A DNA stretch of 64,000 nucleotides. It comes from Thermoproteota archaeon. GTDB taxonomy: Archaea; Korarchaeota; Korarchaeia; Korarchaeales; Korarchaeaceae. The stretch is taken from NCBI GenBank assembly GCA_027491395.1, contig JAOZFI010000006.1, forward strand, positions 64,001 through 128,000. Reading direction: 5' to 3'. Below are positions 18,945-28,841 of the stretch, one piece after another. Each line of letters starts with the position of its first letter. The stretch's first letter is position 1. The translations under genes were made by a program, and so were the position numbers. The notes beneath the pieces were generated by a model. That model did no database searches. It saw only the letters and a list, made by a program, of their open reading frames with translations, and had not been told where the DNA came from.

Positions 18945-18979
18945 CAAGTGGGGGAATAAAGGAGGCCCAAGTGGGGGAA
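18945..18979 (+). repeat. 12-bp direct repeat CAAGTGGGGGAA (two copies) upstream of the tbp TATA box
   Basis: Copies at 18945-18956 and 18968-18979; TTTATATA at 18995-19002. Confidence 0.75.
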
Positions 18980-19040
18980 GGTAGCTGCCTCTCCTTTATA
19001 TATAATGGGCCACTCGGATAGTAGTGAAACGGGGAAAACT

Positions 19041-19676
19041 ATGTCATTCGACGATAGTGAAAGCGAAGTAATGGAAGAAAAATCCACAAAAAAGGAAGAT
19101 GTGGAAGAAATTTTAAGAAGGCTGAGGGAGCCCGAGATAACCATCCAGAACGTCGTGTCATCAGCTGACATAAGGCAGAGACTCGATCTACACGAGATTG
19201 CCAAGAAGATAAAGAAATCAAGGTATGATCCGGAGAAGTTCCCCGGACTAGTGCTCAAGCTAGATGAACCCAAGGCCGCCCTCCTGCTCTTCAGCAGTGG
19301 GAAGTTCGTATGCACTGGTACTAAGTCCGTAGAGGAATCGGCTAGAGCCATAAATGCGGCGATAGAGGTCCTCAAGAAGCATGGGATAGAGGTCAAAAGG
19401 AGGCCTCTCATCAAGGCAGAGAACATAGTTGCTTCCGCAAAGCTCTTCGTCAAGGTAGACATAGAGAAACTGGCTTTGGAGCTTCCTAACACTCTCTACG
19501 AGCCAGAACAGTTCCCAGGTCTGATATTCAGGATGAAGGATCCCGATGTAGTTTTCCTGATATTCGCCTCTGGAAGCCTAGTTTGTACCGGTGCGAAGAA
19601 GGAGTCTGATGTAAAGAGGGCAGTCTATAAATTGAGGAGGATCCTAGCTGAAGGCGGATATCTAGTTTTCGATTGA
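19041..19676 (+). CDS. tbp: TATA-binding protein
   Basis: Two repeats: NVVSS..YDPEKFPGL..LFSSGKFVCTG and NIVAS..YEPEQFPGL..IFASGSLVCTG; acidic N-terminal extension. Confidence 0.97.
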   Translation: MSFDDSESEVMEEKSTKKEDVEEILRRLREPEITIQNVVSSADIRQRLDLHEIAKKIKKSRYDPEKFPGLVLKLDEPKAALLLFSSGKFVCTGTKSVEESARAINAAIEVLKKHGIEVKRRPLIKAENIVASAKLFVKVDIEKLALELPNTLYEPEQFPGLIFRMKDPDVVFLIFASGSLVCTGAKKESDVKRAVYKLRRILAEGGYLVFD

Positions 19677-19740
19677 ATGCCGGTTCTCTCGACTCCAGCT
19701 CTTTTTATTTTAGTCAGGCGCTAACTGTGGGGGTGGGTCC

Positions 19741-20838
19741 ATGGTAAAGACGACAGTCTCAGTCATCAAAGCCGATATAGGTGGTCTGGCCGGGCATCAC
19801 GTGGTTCACCCCAAGCTCAAGGAAGTAGCTGCTCAGGAGCTGTCTAAAGCCAAAGACTCTAGGCTTATAGAGGATTTCTACGTGACGGCAGTAGGGGATG
19901 ACCTTCAACTGATAATGACACACAGGAAAGGAGTAGAGAACCCCGAAATCCACGAACTGGCTTGGAATGTTTTCAAGAAAGGTACTGAGGTGGCGAAGGA
20001 GTTAGGACTCTATGGTGCGGGACAGGACCTCCTAAAGGATGCGTTCTCAGGAAATCTAAAGGGCATGGGACCTGGAGTGGCTGAAATGGAGTTCGAAGAG
20101 AGGCCATCTGATCCTTTAATTGTGTTCATGGCGGATAAGACCGAACCGGGCGCCTTCAACCTCCCCATGTTCCGGATATTCGCGGATCCCTTCAACACAG
20201 CCGGCTTGGTTATAGACCCTAGGCTCCACGACGGTTTCATATTCGAGATAATGGATGTGATGGAGAGCAAGGTCGTGGAGATGTCCTCTCCGGAGGAGAT
20301 GTACGACATCCTCTCCCTAATCGGTACTCCAGGCAGATATGTGATACGCAGGGTGTTTAGGAAGTCCGATAGAGAGATAGCAGCCGTGGTCAGTACAACT
20401 AGGCTGAACCTGATCGCTGGCAAGTATGTGGGTAAGGACGATCCCGTAGCTATAGTTAGGGCGCAAAGCGGATTTCCGGCGCTAGGAGAGGTGCTCGAAC
20501 CCTTCTCGTTCCCCTTCTTGGTAGCTGGCTGGATGAGAGGATCTCACCACGGTCCCCTCATGCCCGTCTCCGAGGCCGACGCGAGGCCCAGTAGATTCGA
20601 TGGCCCTCCCAGAATAGTCGCCTTAGGATTCCAAGTGCAGGACTCCAAGCTAATAGGACCGAGCGATCTCTTCTCTGATGTGGCCTTTGATGAAGCTAGG
20701 AGAATGGCCAACATGATAACTGACTACATGAGGAGGCACGGTCCCTTCATGCCACATAGACTCGGACCCGAGGAGATGGAGTACACGACATTGCCCAAGG
20801 TACTTGAGAAATTGAAGGACAGGTTCAGGCCCGAGTGA
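19741..20838 (+). CDS. fbp: Bifunctional fructose-1,6-bisphosphate aldolase/phosphatase
   Basis: KADIGG, GDD, YGAGQDLL, DKTEPGAFN, YVGKDDP, GWMRGSH. Confidence 0.97.
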   Translation: MVKTTVSVIKADIGGLAGHHVVHPKLKEVAAQELSKAKDSRLIEDFYVTAVGDDLQLIMTHRKGVENPEIHELAWNVFKKGTEVAKELGLYGAGQDLLKDAFSGNLKGMGPGVAEMEFEERPSDPLIVFMADKTEPGAFNLPMFRIFADPFNTAGLVIDPRLHDGFIFEIMDVMESKVVEMSSPEEMYDILSLIGTPGRYVIRRVFRKSDREIAAVVSTTRLNLIAGKYVGKDDPVAIVRAQSGFPALGEVLEPFSFPFLVAGWMRGSHHGPLMPVSEADARPSRFDGPPRIVALGFQVQDSKLIGPSDLFSDVAFDEARRMANMITDYMRRHGPFMPHRLGPEEMEYTTLPKVLEKLKDRFRPE

Positions 20839-21514
20839 TTTCCACGAAAGGCTCCACCAACTCTTCCATTTTTTCGTAAGGATTTGGACTTTTGGCTACA
20901 GCGGAGGCAACAAGCACACCATAGCTACCGAGCCTTATCGCAGCTCTTACATCTTCTCCACTGGTGATTCCTGCACCGCAGAGGAGATCAACGTTAGGAT
21001 TGACATCTATCACGGCCTTAAGCGAGTTCTGAACGACCTCCGGTTTGGCCTTTGATACCGGAATGCCCGTTCCGATGAGTTCAGGAGGTTCTATGGCGAC
21101 CGCGTCTGGGGATAAGGCCGCGACGGCTGCCGACTCTTGAGGCGTTGGAGCGCACACTATGGGAGAGAGACCCAATTCTTTCAGCTTTGTAACGGCCACA
21201 CTTATATGATGGAGCTCTATCTGCTTCTCAGAATGGTTCAACAGGGAACCTCTAGCACCAGACTTTTTTACGAGTTCAGGCGGAATATGACCCGTGTGGG
21301 CCCCCGGGTCTATGGGATCCACATGCTGGGAGTACACTGGGATATCAACGCTTTCCGCCACTACTTTCAAATCCAGTACATTCGGAGCAATGCCGATAAG
21401 AACCCCTGTTTCCCTCCAGACCTTCTCCGCTTGTCTAGCTATCTCCACGGCCTTCACTCCCGAAGCCTGTGAGTATGTCTTCAGGTTAACCAGCAGCCTA
21501 GGAACCTCTGTCAT
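20825..21514 (-). CDS. tpiA: Triosephosphate isomerase (archaeal type)
   Basis: NLKTY, NHSE, IEPPELIGTG, CGAGI, VLVAS. Confidence 0.96.
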   Translation of the reverse strand: MTEVPRLLVNLKTYSQASGVKAVEIARQAEKVWRETGVLIGIAPNVLDLKVVAESVDIPVYSQHVDPIDPGAHTGHIPPELVKKSGARGSLLNHSEKQIELHHISVAVTKLKELGLSPIVCAPTPQESAAVAALSPDAVAIEPPELIGTGIPVSKAKPEVVQNSLKAVIDVNPNVDLLCGAGITSGEDVRAAIRLGSYGVLVASAVAKSPNPYEKMEELVEPFVEITRA

Positions 21515-21573
21515 AATTTAGTTGCTCTCCCAAATCTTAATCAGCTTTTTGTTAGGTGGGGATCCCGATTGAA

Positions 21574-22437
21574 ATGAAGCTGGATTACAGGTGCCCCGCC
21601 TGTATATTTAAGGTGGCAGCTAGAGAGGCTAGGTATGTACCGACCGATAGGAGACTTCCCTTTGTCAGGGATGTAGTGCGGGCCCTCCACTCTATGATGG
21701 ACGAGGCTCCTACTCCCGCTCACATAGCGGCCGAGAGGGAGAAACTCCTCAAATCATACTCTGGATCGGAAGATCCCTATGCGACCAGAAAGGGGGAGCT
21801 AATAGAACTAGTCCTAAAGGATCTAGTTCCCCTGATAGAGGAAGAGCTAGTTAACCTACCTGAGGGCTACCACAGGTTCAGATGGCTTGCCCTGAACTCC
21901 GCATCGGCGAACGGATACGAAGTCCCACTAATGGGGGGAAAAGACCTCGTAGAGAGGTTCACCAAGGTGGTAGCTAGGGACCTAGAGATAGACGGCACTG
22001 AGGAGGCGTTCGATATAATAACTAAAGCCGGTCCGGGGGACATAATATCCTTCATCTTCGACAACGCCCACGAAGCCCCAATAGACTTAATCCTAGTCAA
22101 GTATCTAGAACAGATGGGCAAGACCGTATATCTGTTTGCGAAAAAGTCTCCCATGGCTGACGATCTGACTGTGGAGGAACTACGATCACTGCACAAGTCA
22201 CCCTACATCTTCGGTTTGAGTTCCCCGCTTGGAGTCATGCCTGAAAGGGAGACGGAGGTTAACATGAACATCCTTAGATCCTCGAAGCTTATCATAGCCA
22301 AGGGGATGGCCAGCTACGAGACCCTCACCGAGGTGGACTTAGGTGTAAAGGTATTACACTTGCTCACACTAAAATGCGAGGCCGTTGCAGAACATGCTGG
22401 TGGAAAGCTGGGGAGCCCAGTAGCCATAATGAGGTGA
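21574..22437 (+). CDS. DUF89/ARMT1-like damage-control phosphatase
   Basis: CPAC, DPY, DNAHE, AKGMASYETL, LKC motifs. Confidence 0.8.
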   Translation: MKLDYRCPACIFKVAAREARYVPTDRRLPFVRDVVRALHSMMDEAPTPAHIAAEREKLLKSYSGSEDPYATRKGELIELVLKDLVPLIEEELVNLPEGYHRFRWLALNSASANGYEVPLMGGKDLVERFTKVVARDLEIDGTEEAFDIITKAGPGDIISFIFDNAHEAPIDLILVKYLEQMGKTVYLFAKKSPMADDLTVEELRSLHKSPYIFGLSSPLGVMPERETEVNMNILRSSKLIIAKGMASYETLTEVDLGVKVLHLLTLKCEAVAEHAGGKLGSPVAIMR

Positions 22438-22441
22438 TAGG

Positions 22442-23056
22442 ATGGCGGAGTTCTCTATGGGGGAGGGAGAATACCTAGTCAGGCTAGCTAGAAAATCTAT
22501 AGAGCACTACATGGAAAGGAGATCAGTTCTCGAGGTCGATCCTCCCTATTCCAAGCTGAAGATCCCTTACGGAGCCTTCGTAACCCTGAGCACATATCCT
22601 GAGAGAAATCTTAGAGGCTGCATAGGTTATCCGGAACCTATTCTGCCCCTTTACAAGGCCGTCATAAGGGCAGCCATAGCGGCGGCTTTCGAGGATCCTA
22701 GGTTCCCTCCTCTAGCTAAGGAGGAGCTTGATAGGGTCGCAGTCGAGGTCTCAATACTGACCCCTCCCGAGAGGATAGACGACAAAGTGGAGAGCAGGTT
22801 CGATCTACGGAGGATGGTGAAAGTGGGGAAACATGGACTGATAGTTCGCCGCGGTGTGTATTCCGGCCTCTTGCTTCCACAGGTCGCCGTGGAATACTCT
22901 TGGGACTCCGAAGAATTTCTAAGCCAGACTTGTATCAAAGCCGGAATGTGGGTGGACTGCTGGCTCAAGGAGGGAACTGAAGTATATAGGTTCACTGCGG
23001 AGATCTTTGAGGAAGAGAAACCCAGGAGACGGATCATCAGGAGAGAGATAGGATAA
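22442..23056 (+). CDS. AMMECR1-domain protein
   Basis: GAFVTL, LRGCIG, DPRFPP, GLLLPQV, CIKAG. Confidence 0.93.
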   Translation: MAEFSMGEGEYLVRLARKSIEHYMERRSVLEVDPPYSKLKIPYGAFVTLSTYPERNLRGCIGYPEPILPLYKAVIRAAIAAAFEDPRFPPLAKEELDRVAVEVSILTPPERIDDKVESRFDLRRMVKVGKHGLIVRRGVYSGLLLPQVAVEYSWDSEEFLSQTCIKAGMWVDCWLKEGTEVYRFTAEIFEEEKPRRRIIRREIG

Positions 23057-23070
23057 GAAGGTTCGATCGC

Positions 23071-24252
23071 ATGCCGAGGGCCTACTTCTCACCCTTAGGT
23101 ATAGGATACGGACACGCGTCTAGATCCTTGAACCTAGCTAGAAGGCTTAAGAAAGAGGGATTCTCCATCTTCTTCTCAGCATACGGAGATGCCTCCTCTT
23201 ATCTGATGGGGGCGGAGGAAGTGGAGGTTGTGTATTGCGGTGAGGAAATGCTATGGAAGCAGAAGCCGGATGGAAGCCCTGACCTCTGGGGGACGCTCAA
23301 GAGTTTATCTGAACTGAGGAACTTCCTTCACCACATAAAGACCGAGAAGGAGAACATAGAGGCAGCATCTCCAGATGTCGTAGTATCCGACTCCAGAATA
23401 TCCACATTGATCGCAGCTCAGTACCTTGGAGTGCCCAGCGTCGTGGTGCTCAACCAACCTAAATTACTCCTCTCGCCCCTCATGAGGAGAAACACTCCTC
23501 CAGATGATCTAAGTGATAGCGAGGGTTACAGCGTACTATCCACAGTGGTGGAGAAGCTACTCAACACGGCGATAACTAGGTTCTGGGGGCTCTCCCAAGC
23601 ATCAATAATAGCGGATTTTCCTCCACCCTTCAGCATATCCAAGTACCATACCTCAGATCTCCCGAAACCTCTCATGGACAGGATAGTCTTCTCAGGCCCC
23701 CTGATAGAGCCTAACTGCAGACCGGGCAGGAAAGAGGACGTGATCCTGATAATGATATCTGGACCAGGCGCCGAGAGAAAGTCCTTGGCTGATGTTATAC
23801 TGAAACTCCTGAATGACATACCGAAGGATCTCAGGGACTACGAATTCATAGTATCCTTGGGTGAGCCGTCCAATTCCGGAGACGAGGAGGTCCGGGACAA
23901 CGTGAAGATATACAAGTGGCTGCCTGACAAGTGGAGCGTCTTGGAGAGGGCTAGGCTGGTGGTTTCCAGAGCTGGGCATACGACTATCACTGAGGCGCTC
24001 ATGTGCGGGAAGCCCCTCCTGTTGATACCCGTTCCGGGACAGACGGAAAAAATGGAGAACGCCCGCTCCATAGAAGAGATGGGTCTGGGCAGGATGGTCA
24101 GGCAGTCAGAGGTGGAGGCTAAGTTCTTTGAGGTGTTGAGATCCCTGCTTAAGCAAGAGTATGAGAGGAGGGTTAAGAGGTTCAGGGAGAGATTTAAAGA
24201 CTGGAATTTCCTAGATAGGGCAGCTGGGATAATAGAGTCAGTTCTCTACTGA
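23071..24252 (+). CDS. GT28/MurG-like glycosyltransferase
   Basis: GIGYGHASR, VSRAGHTTITEA, PVPGQTE..NA. Confidence 0.85.
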   Translation: MPRAYFSPLGIGYGHASRSLNLARRLKKEGFSIFFSAYGDASSYLMGAEEVEVVYCGEEMLWKQKPDGSPDLWGTLKSLSELRNFLHHIKTEKENIEAASPDVVVSDSRISTLIAAQYLGVPSVVVLNQPKLLLSPLMRRNTPPDDLSDSEGYSVLSTVVEKLLNTAITRFWGLSQASIIADFPPPFSISKYHTSDLPKPLMDRIVFSGPLIEPNCRPGRKEDVILIMISGPGAERKSLADVILKLLNDIPKDLRDYEFIVSLGEPSNSGDEEVRDNVKIYKWLPDKWSVLERARLVVSRAGHTTITEALMCGKPLLLIPVPGQTEKMENARSIEEMGLGRMVRQSEVEAKFFEVLRSLLKQEYERRVKRFRERFKDWNFLDRAAGIIESVLY

Positions 24253-24737
24253 ACTAAAGATTTGGTTACCGCCCATCTCAGTGCTCTAAAGATTCTCTCC
24301 AAGTTATTCAGTTCATCGACTTGGATCCTTATTGCTCTGAGTCTGCCGTCAGGATATTCGTCGATCTCGCATCTCCCCCCGTACTCCTCCACTTTTCTCA
24401 TGAGGAACGAGCTTATGGGCCTCTCCCTGGCATCTACTACCACGTTTTCGGTCGGCACGAACGCAATACTGCCCGTTCTCTTGTTAACCCTGGCGATACC
24501 GATCAAAGTGCCGTCCTCCGAGGTGAGCCTCCTCTCCTCTACATCCCTAGGCTGCTGAATCTCAGGTTCCGACTTGAGTTGATCTGCAGTCACTAGGGTC
24601 TGCTCTAACAGGACCTGATCAAGGGCCTCGACCATTTCCCTCAACTGAAGGACTTCCCTCTCCAACTTCTCTATCCTCCTCTTCAGGAACTCCCTGAGCT
24701 TGAGTAAATTCTTTATCCTCTCACTCCTTTCGGACAA
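24246..24737 (-). CDS. Hypothetical protein with N-terminal coiled coil
   Basis: Overlaps lysS end; heptad-rich N-terminus. Confidence 0.7.
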   Translation of the reverse strand: MSERSERIKNLLKLREFLKRRIEKLEREVLQLREMVEALDQVLLEQTLVTADQLKSEPEIQQPRDVEERRLTSEDGTLIGIARVNKRTGSIAFVPTENVVVDARERPISSFLMRKVEEYGGRCEIDEYPDGRLRAIRIQVDELNNLERIFRALRWAVTKSLVQ

Positions 24738-26343
24738 TCCTACCTTCCTCCAAAGATTTCCTGTACAAGTCCTTAAATCTGTTCACGCCGACCCTCGAGA
24801 TGAGTGGGCCCAACTTGGGACCCTGTGGCTGACCCAGCAGTATCATGTATAGGGCCCTGAAGAACTCTCTTACTGGTACACCCTTGCCCCTAGCGGTCTC
24901 GAATGCTAGGTTCTGTATGTCCTCATCGACCATATCCTCAGAAAGACTCTCCACAAAGGAGTTCACGGCTTCGAGAACTTTACCATTTATCTCCACGATT
25001 CCGAGCTCTCTGCTGCCGAAGTTCTCCACGTAGTTCTTGGCATAGTACACGTATCTTCTGAAGATATCATCGTTCAGCAGGGAATCTGGATCCACGCCGT
25101 AATACTTTGAGATAAGGTCTGCAGCCAGCCTCAGCAACTCCTCGAAGCCCATATTTCTCGGAAGCATCGATACGACATTGAGGACCGCGGAGTACCTGTA
25201 AGGCCACGGCTCGGGGACGCCCTCCATCAGATAGGTGAACTCCATGAGTCTCTTCAAGGTGATGCGATCCCTTTCACTCCTTATTCTCTCCAAGTTGTGA
25301 TACTTCCTCACGTTGTTTTCCAGCTCGTTTATGTAGAGAGGAGAGCTCTGCAGGGATATGCTCCTAGTTCCGTGGTATCTCTTGAACATGAGCATCCTCA
25401 AGGCCTCAGGGGGAGAGAACTCCATCCACATCTGGGGCGTTATGACGTTCCCAGCGCTCTTACTTATCTTCCTCTTAGTAGAATCTAGGAACATCTCGTA
25501 CATCACCGTAAGCGGTGGCTCGTACCCTAAGACTTCCCTAGCTATCCTCTCGTTCACCCTGAACGAGTCGGTTATGTCCTTCCCGTGAGGTTCAAACACT
25601 ATCCCTAACGCGGCCCACCTAGCTGCGAACTCTCCCTTCCAAGAGAGCTTACCCTCTCCCTTCAGATATGAGGCCTCACCGATGTACCCGCACCCCTTCA
25701 TCCCCTTGAACTCCTGATCACAGGCGTAAATGACCTTGCCCTCCTCAGGAATGACCTTCAGCACCCTAGTTGTATATATCCTACCGCATCTCTCGCATCT
25801 AGGCCAGTAATGAATCCATCCCTCGGGTTTACTCGATCCCACCTCCTCTCTGATTATCCTGTCGACCTTATCGTTGTTCTCCAATAGTTTAGAGACCTGC
25901 TCGTCTAACAATCCGGATTTATAGGCCTCGGTCCCGGAGATAAATGTGAACTCTATGCCCAACTTCTCCAAGGCATCTATCAACATAGAGCTCATGTGTT
26001 CCCCGTAGCTGGAATGGCATCCCCAAGGATCGGGGATCTCGCTCACCGGCATTCCCAAATACTTGGAGTATTCCTCGGGCACTCCTGCAGGTACCTTTCT
26101 CAACCCATCTCTATCATCGCTGTACGCTATCAATTCACTCTTGTATCCCAGCTCCTCCAGAGCCAGCTTGACCCCGTAGGCCCTGAGCGAATCTCCCACA
26201 GAACCTATGTGAGGGAAGCCGCTTGCCCCTATCCCCGATTCAACCCTCAAAACATCTATCTTCCTTCCGAGCCCCTCCTCTCTCTCTATTATGTCCTTAG
26301 CTATTTTATCCAGCCAGAAATGAGGCCTCCTCTCCGAACCCAT
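24721..26343 (-). CDS. lysS: Lysyl-tRNA synthetase, class I
   Basis: SGFPHIG, DGLRKVP, CERC, GKLSWK, EPHGKD, KISKS, GPKLG. Confidence 0.96.
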   Translation of the reverse strand: MGSERRPHFWLDKIAKDIIEREEGLGRKIDVLRVESGIGASGFPHIGSVGDSLRAYGVKLALEELGYKSELIAYSDDRDGLRKVPAGVPEEYSKYLGMPVSEIPDPWGCHSSYGEHMSSMLIDALEKLGIEFTFISGTEAYKSGLLDEQVSKLLENNDKVDRIIREEVGSSKPEGWIHYWPRCERCGRIYTTRVLKVIPEEGKVIYACDQEFKGMKGCGYIGEASYLKGEGKLSWKGEFAARWAALGIVFEPHGKDITDSFRVNERIAREVLGYEPPLTVMYEMFLDSTKRKISKSAGNVITPQMWMEFSPPEALRMLMFKRYHGTRSISLQSSPLYINELENNVRKYHNLERIRSERDRITLKRLMEFTYLMEGVPEPWPYRYSAVLNVVSMLPRNMGFEELLRLAADLISKYYGVDPDSLLNDDIFRRYVYYAKNYVENFGSRELGIVEINGKVLEAVNSFVESLSEDMVDEDIQNLAFETARGKGVPVREFFRALYMILLGQPQGPKLGPLISRVGVNRFKDLYRKSLEEGRIVRKE

Positions 26344-26417
26344 GTAGATCGGTCCTACCGGTCTGTGAGCAATAAGAAATTTACCCAAAAATTAGAGGGG
26401 GTTTTCTCCCCCCGGGC

Positions 26418-26699
26418 TCACACTTGGGTGAGCTCGATCTCTATTACGCTTATGTCCCTCCTGCTACCGTTCTCGTCGATGATTTCCTCAGTGCCAGTCC
26501 TGAGGTCGGTTATCTTGATCTTGCCAGGGAAGTACTTAAGCCTAGTTATCTCAGCCACATCGACGGCCCTGGATATAGACCTACCCCTGGCCTTCAGCAC
26601 GATCTTCTTCACACCCCTGTTTATCTGAAGGGTGGTAGCCATAACGTAGTTGATAGCAGGCTTCTTACCAACATAGACGATTCCCTCTTCAGCCACCAT
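26418..26699 (-). CDS. albA: DNA/RNA-binding protein Alba
   Basis: VYVGKKPAINYV, KARGRSISRAVDVAE, SVIEI. Confidence 0.96.
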   Translation of the reverse strand: MVAEEGIVYVGKKPAINYVMATTLQINRGVKKIVLKARGRSISRAVDVAEITRLKYFPGKIKITDLRTGTEEIIDENGSRRDISVIEIELTQV

Positions 26700-26794
26700 G
26701 CGTATCACCTCTCTATCCTCTGTAGGCCCGCCTCTTTCACTGGGGAGCCTGGAGGGCGAGCTGTGTCTGACTCACCACTCAGCAATTAAAAAAG

Positions 26795-27055
26795 TTACTC
26801 TCGCTTCAGGAGCTTCCTAACATCTAGGAGGGAGATCTTCTCTCCTTCCCTCCTCTCCAAGATGAGAGGCAACTTTCCTTTCTCCAGCTCCAATTTAGCT
26901 AGCTCGACGGGATCGGTCAGACCTTCAGGTATCTCGTTCTCATCTAAAAAGAGGGGAGAGCCAGCCGCGATCTGCTGGGCCCTAATGGATATTATCCTTA
27001 TGCGCTCGAACTTGGTGAGCCTCTTGGGGCCCAACAGATCGCTATTAGCTGACAC
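26795..27055 (-). CDS. rpo6: RNA polymerase subunit Rpo6 (RpoK)
   Basis: LTKFERIRIISIRAQQIAAG, LPL; GTG start after GGTGAGG. Confidence 0.92.
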   Translation of the reverse strand: MSANSDLLGPKRLTKFERIRIISIRAQQIAAGSPLFLDENEIPEGLTDPVELAKLELEKGKLPLILERREGEKISLLDVRKLLKRE

Positions 27056-27056
27056 C

Positions 27057-28688
27057 TTACTCCTCACCTTTGCCCTTTCCACCTTCGAATTTCTTGCCGG
27101 CAGCAGCTATTATATCATCGATCTTGAGCACAGTGGTCGCGAACTCAGCTGCGGACTCTACGGCCCTCCTGATCACCCTCTCAGGCTCTATTATGTCCTT
27201 CTCGTACATGTTCTCCACCTCTCCGGTGTATATGTTGAAGCCATACTCCCTCTTACCCTCGGCGTGCGCCTTCCTCAGTTCGGCCAGCTTGACTATCGGG
27301 TCGTGGCCAGCGTTCTCTATCAGAGTCTTAGGTATGGACTCGAGGGCCTCAGCGAACTTCTCCACCACGTTCTGCTCCTTTCCACCGAGCTGGACCGCGT
27401 AGTCCTTGAGCTTGAGCACTAGATCCGTCCAAGCGGCACCAGCGCCCACAACTATTTTCTCATCCTCTATGACGTTTCTGACCACGCTTAAAGCGTCATG
27501 CAGGTTCCTCTCAGCCTCATCTATGACCTGCTTCTCTCCACCCCTTATCAGTATGCTAACGGCCCTGGGATCCTTGCATCCCTCGACGAAGACCATCTTG
27601 TCCTCTCCGACCCTCCTCTCCTCAACTAGCTCCGCGTAACCGAGGTCCTTTTCAGATATCTCCTTAACGTTAACGATTATCTTGGCTCCAGTGGCCTTGG
27701 CGAGCTTCTCCATATCGGATTTCCTCACCCTCCTGACAGCTAGTATGCCGTGCTTCGCTAAGAAGTGCTGGGCGACGTCATCGATGCCCTTCTGGCAGAA
27801 CACCACGTTCGCTCCGGTGGCGGCTATCTTCTCAACCAACTCGGCCAGCATCTGCTTCTCCTGGTCCAAGAACTCCTTAACCTGAGTCGGTGAGGTTACC
27901 CTGATCTTAGAGGAGAGCTCAGGCTTCTTTATCTCAAGGGCGCTCTCTATGAGAGCTATCTTGGCGTTCTCTATCCTCCTAGGCATCCTAGGATGTACGA
28001 CCTCCTTGTCGATCACTATACCCCTGATGAGCTTTGTGTCAAACAGGGAACCGCCCTCCTTCTTCTCCAGCTTTATGTTATCGAGATCAACAATTCTCTT
28101 ACCGTCTCTCTCCTCCACGACCTGTAGAGCGGCATCGACGACGAGATCGGCCAGATAGTCCTGTGCCACCCGGGCGGACTTGCTGCTCATGGCTATCTTA
28201 GCTATCTTCTTCAGCAACTCTTTGTCGTTCCACGGGACCTTGATCGCTATCTCATTCAAGTACTCCACCGCCTTTTCCGCGGCCTTCCTGTACCCGGAGA
28301 TTACTACTGTAGGATGTATGCCTAGATCCAATAGGTCCTCCGCCTTGGCCAGTAATTCACCGGCTAGGAGAACTACGGTAGTTGTACCGTCTCCAGCTTC
28401 CTGCTCTTGGGATTTCGCTAAGTCCACCATCATCTTAGCAGTGGGATGCTCGACCTCTATCTCCTTCATTATGGTGGCACCGTCGTGTGTGATTATCACA
28501 TCCCCAAAGGGGTCGACGAGCATCTTCTGCATGCCCTTAGGACTGAGGGAAGTCCTTATGGTATCAGCTATGGCCTTTGCAACGGTTATATTCAACCTCA
28601 GGGCTTCCCTACCCTTGGTCCTTGAGGTTCCTTCTTTCAATATCAGAACGGGGATTGCTCCAGCTCCCTCGCCACCTTGAACGGCCAT
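27057..28688 (-). CDS. ths: Thermosome (group II chaperonin) subunit
   Basis: PKGMQKML, THDGATI, GDGTTT, QKGIDD, KIDD. Confidence 0.97.
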   Translation of the reverse strand: MAVQGGEGAGAIPVLILKEGTSRTKGREALRLNITVAKAIADTIRTSLSPKGMQKMLVDPFGDVIITHDGATIMKEIEVEHPTAKMMVDLAKSQEQEAGDGTTTVVLLAGELLAKAEDLLDLGIHPTVVISGYRKAAEKAVEYLNEIAIKVPWNDKELLKKIAKIAMSSKSARVAQDYLADLVVDAALQVVEERDGKRIVDLDNIKLEKKEGGSLFDTKLIRGIVIDKEVVHPRMPRRIENAKIALIESALEIKKPELSSKIRVTSPTQVKEFLDQEKQMLAELVEKIAATGANVVFCQKGIDDVAQHFLAKHGILAVRRVRKSDMEKLAKATGAKIIVNVKEISEKDLGYAELVEERRVGEDKMVFVEGCKDPRAVSILIRGGEKQVIDEAERNLHDALSVVRNVIEDEKIVVGAGAAWTDLVLKLKDYAVQLGGKEQNVVEKFAEALESIPKTLIENAGHDPIVKLAELRKAHAEGKREYGFNIYTGEVENMYEKDIIEPERVIRRAVESAAEFATTVLKIDDIIAAAGKKFEGGKGKGEE

Positions 28689-28841
28689 ACATATCACCTC
28701 TTTTACTGGGTCTCTCAGAACTTGTCGCTGGGATTACCCATGTTAGGGTCGATAACCGAGTTAAAAAAGCTTATCAATCTATCCAGCCCTCCCGTTAACT
28801 TGAGGAGCTCCAAGAGAGAGTAAAAATGGTGAAATATTTGA

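Noticed and set aside
28730-28780. Short inverted repeats (TAAC-CGA-GTTA; CTAAC-N4-GTAAT) near the thermosome promoter as heat-shock operators
   Set aside because: Too short and imperfect to distinguish from chance without a comparative alignment.
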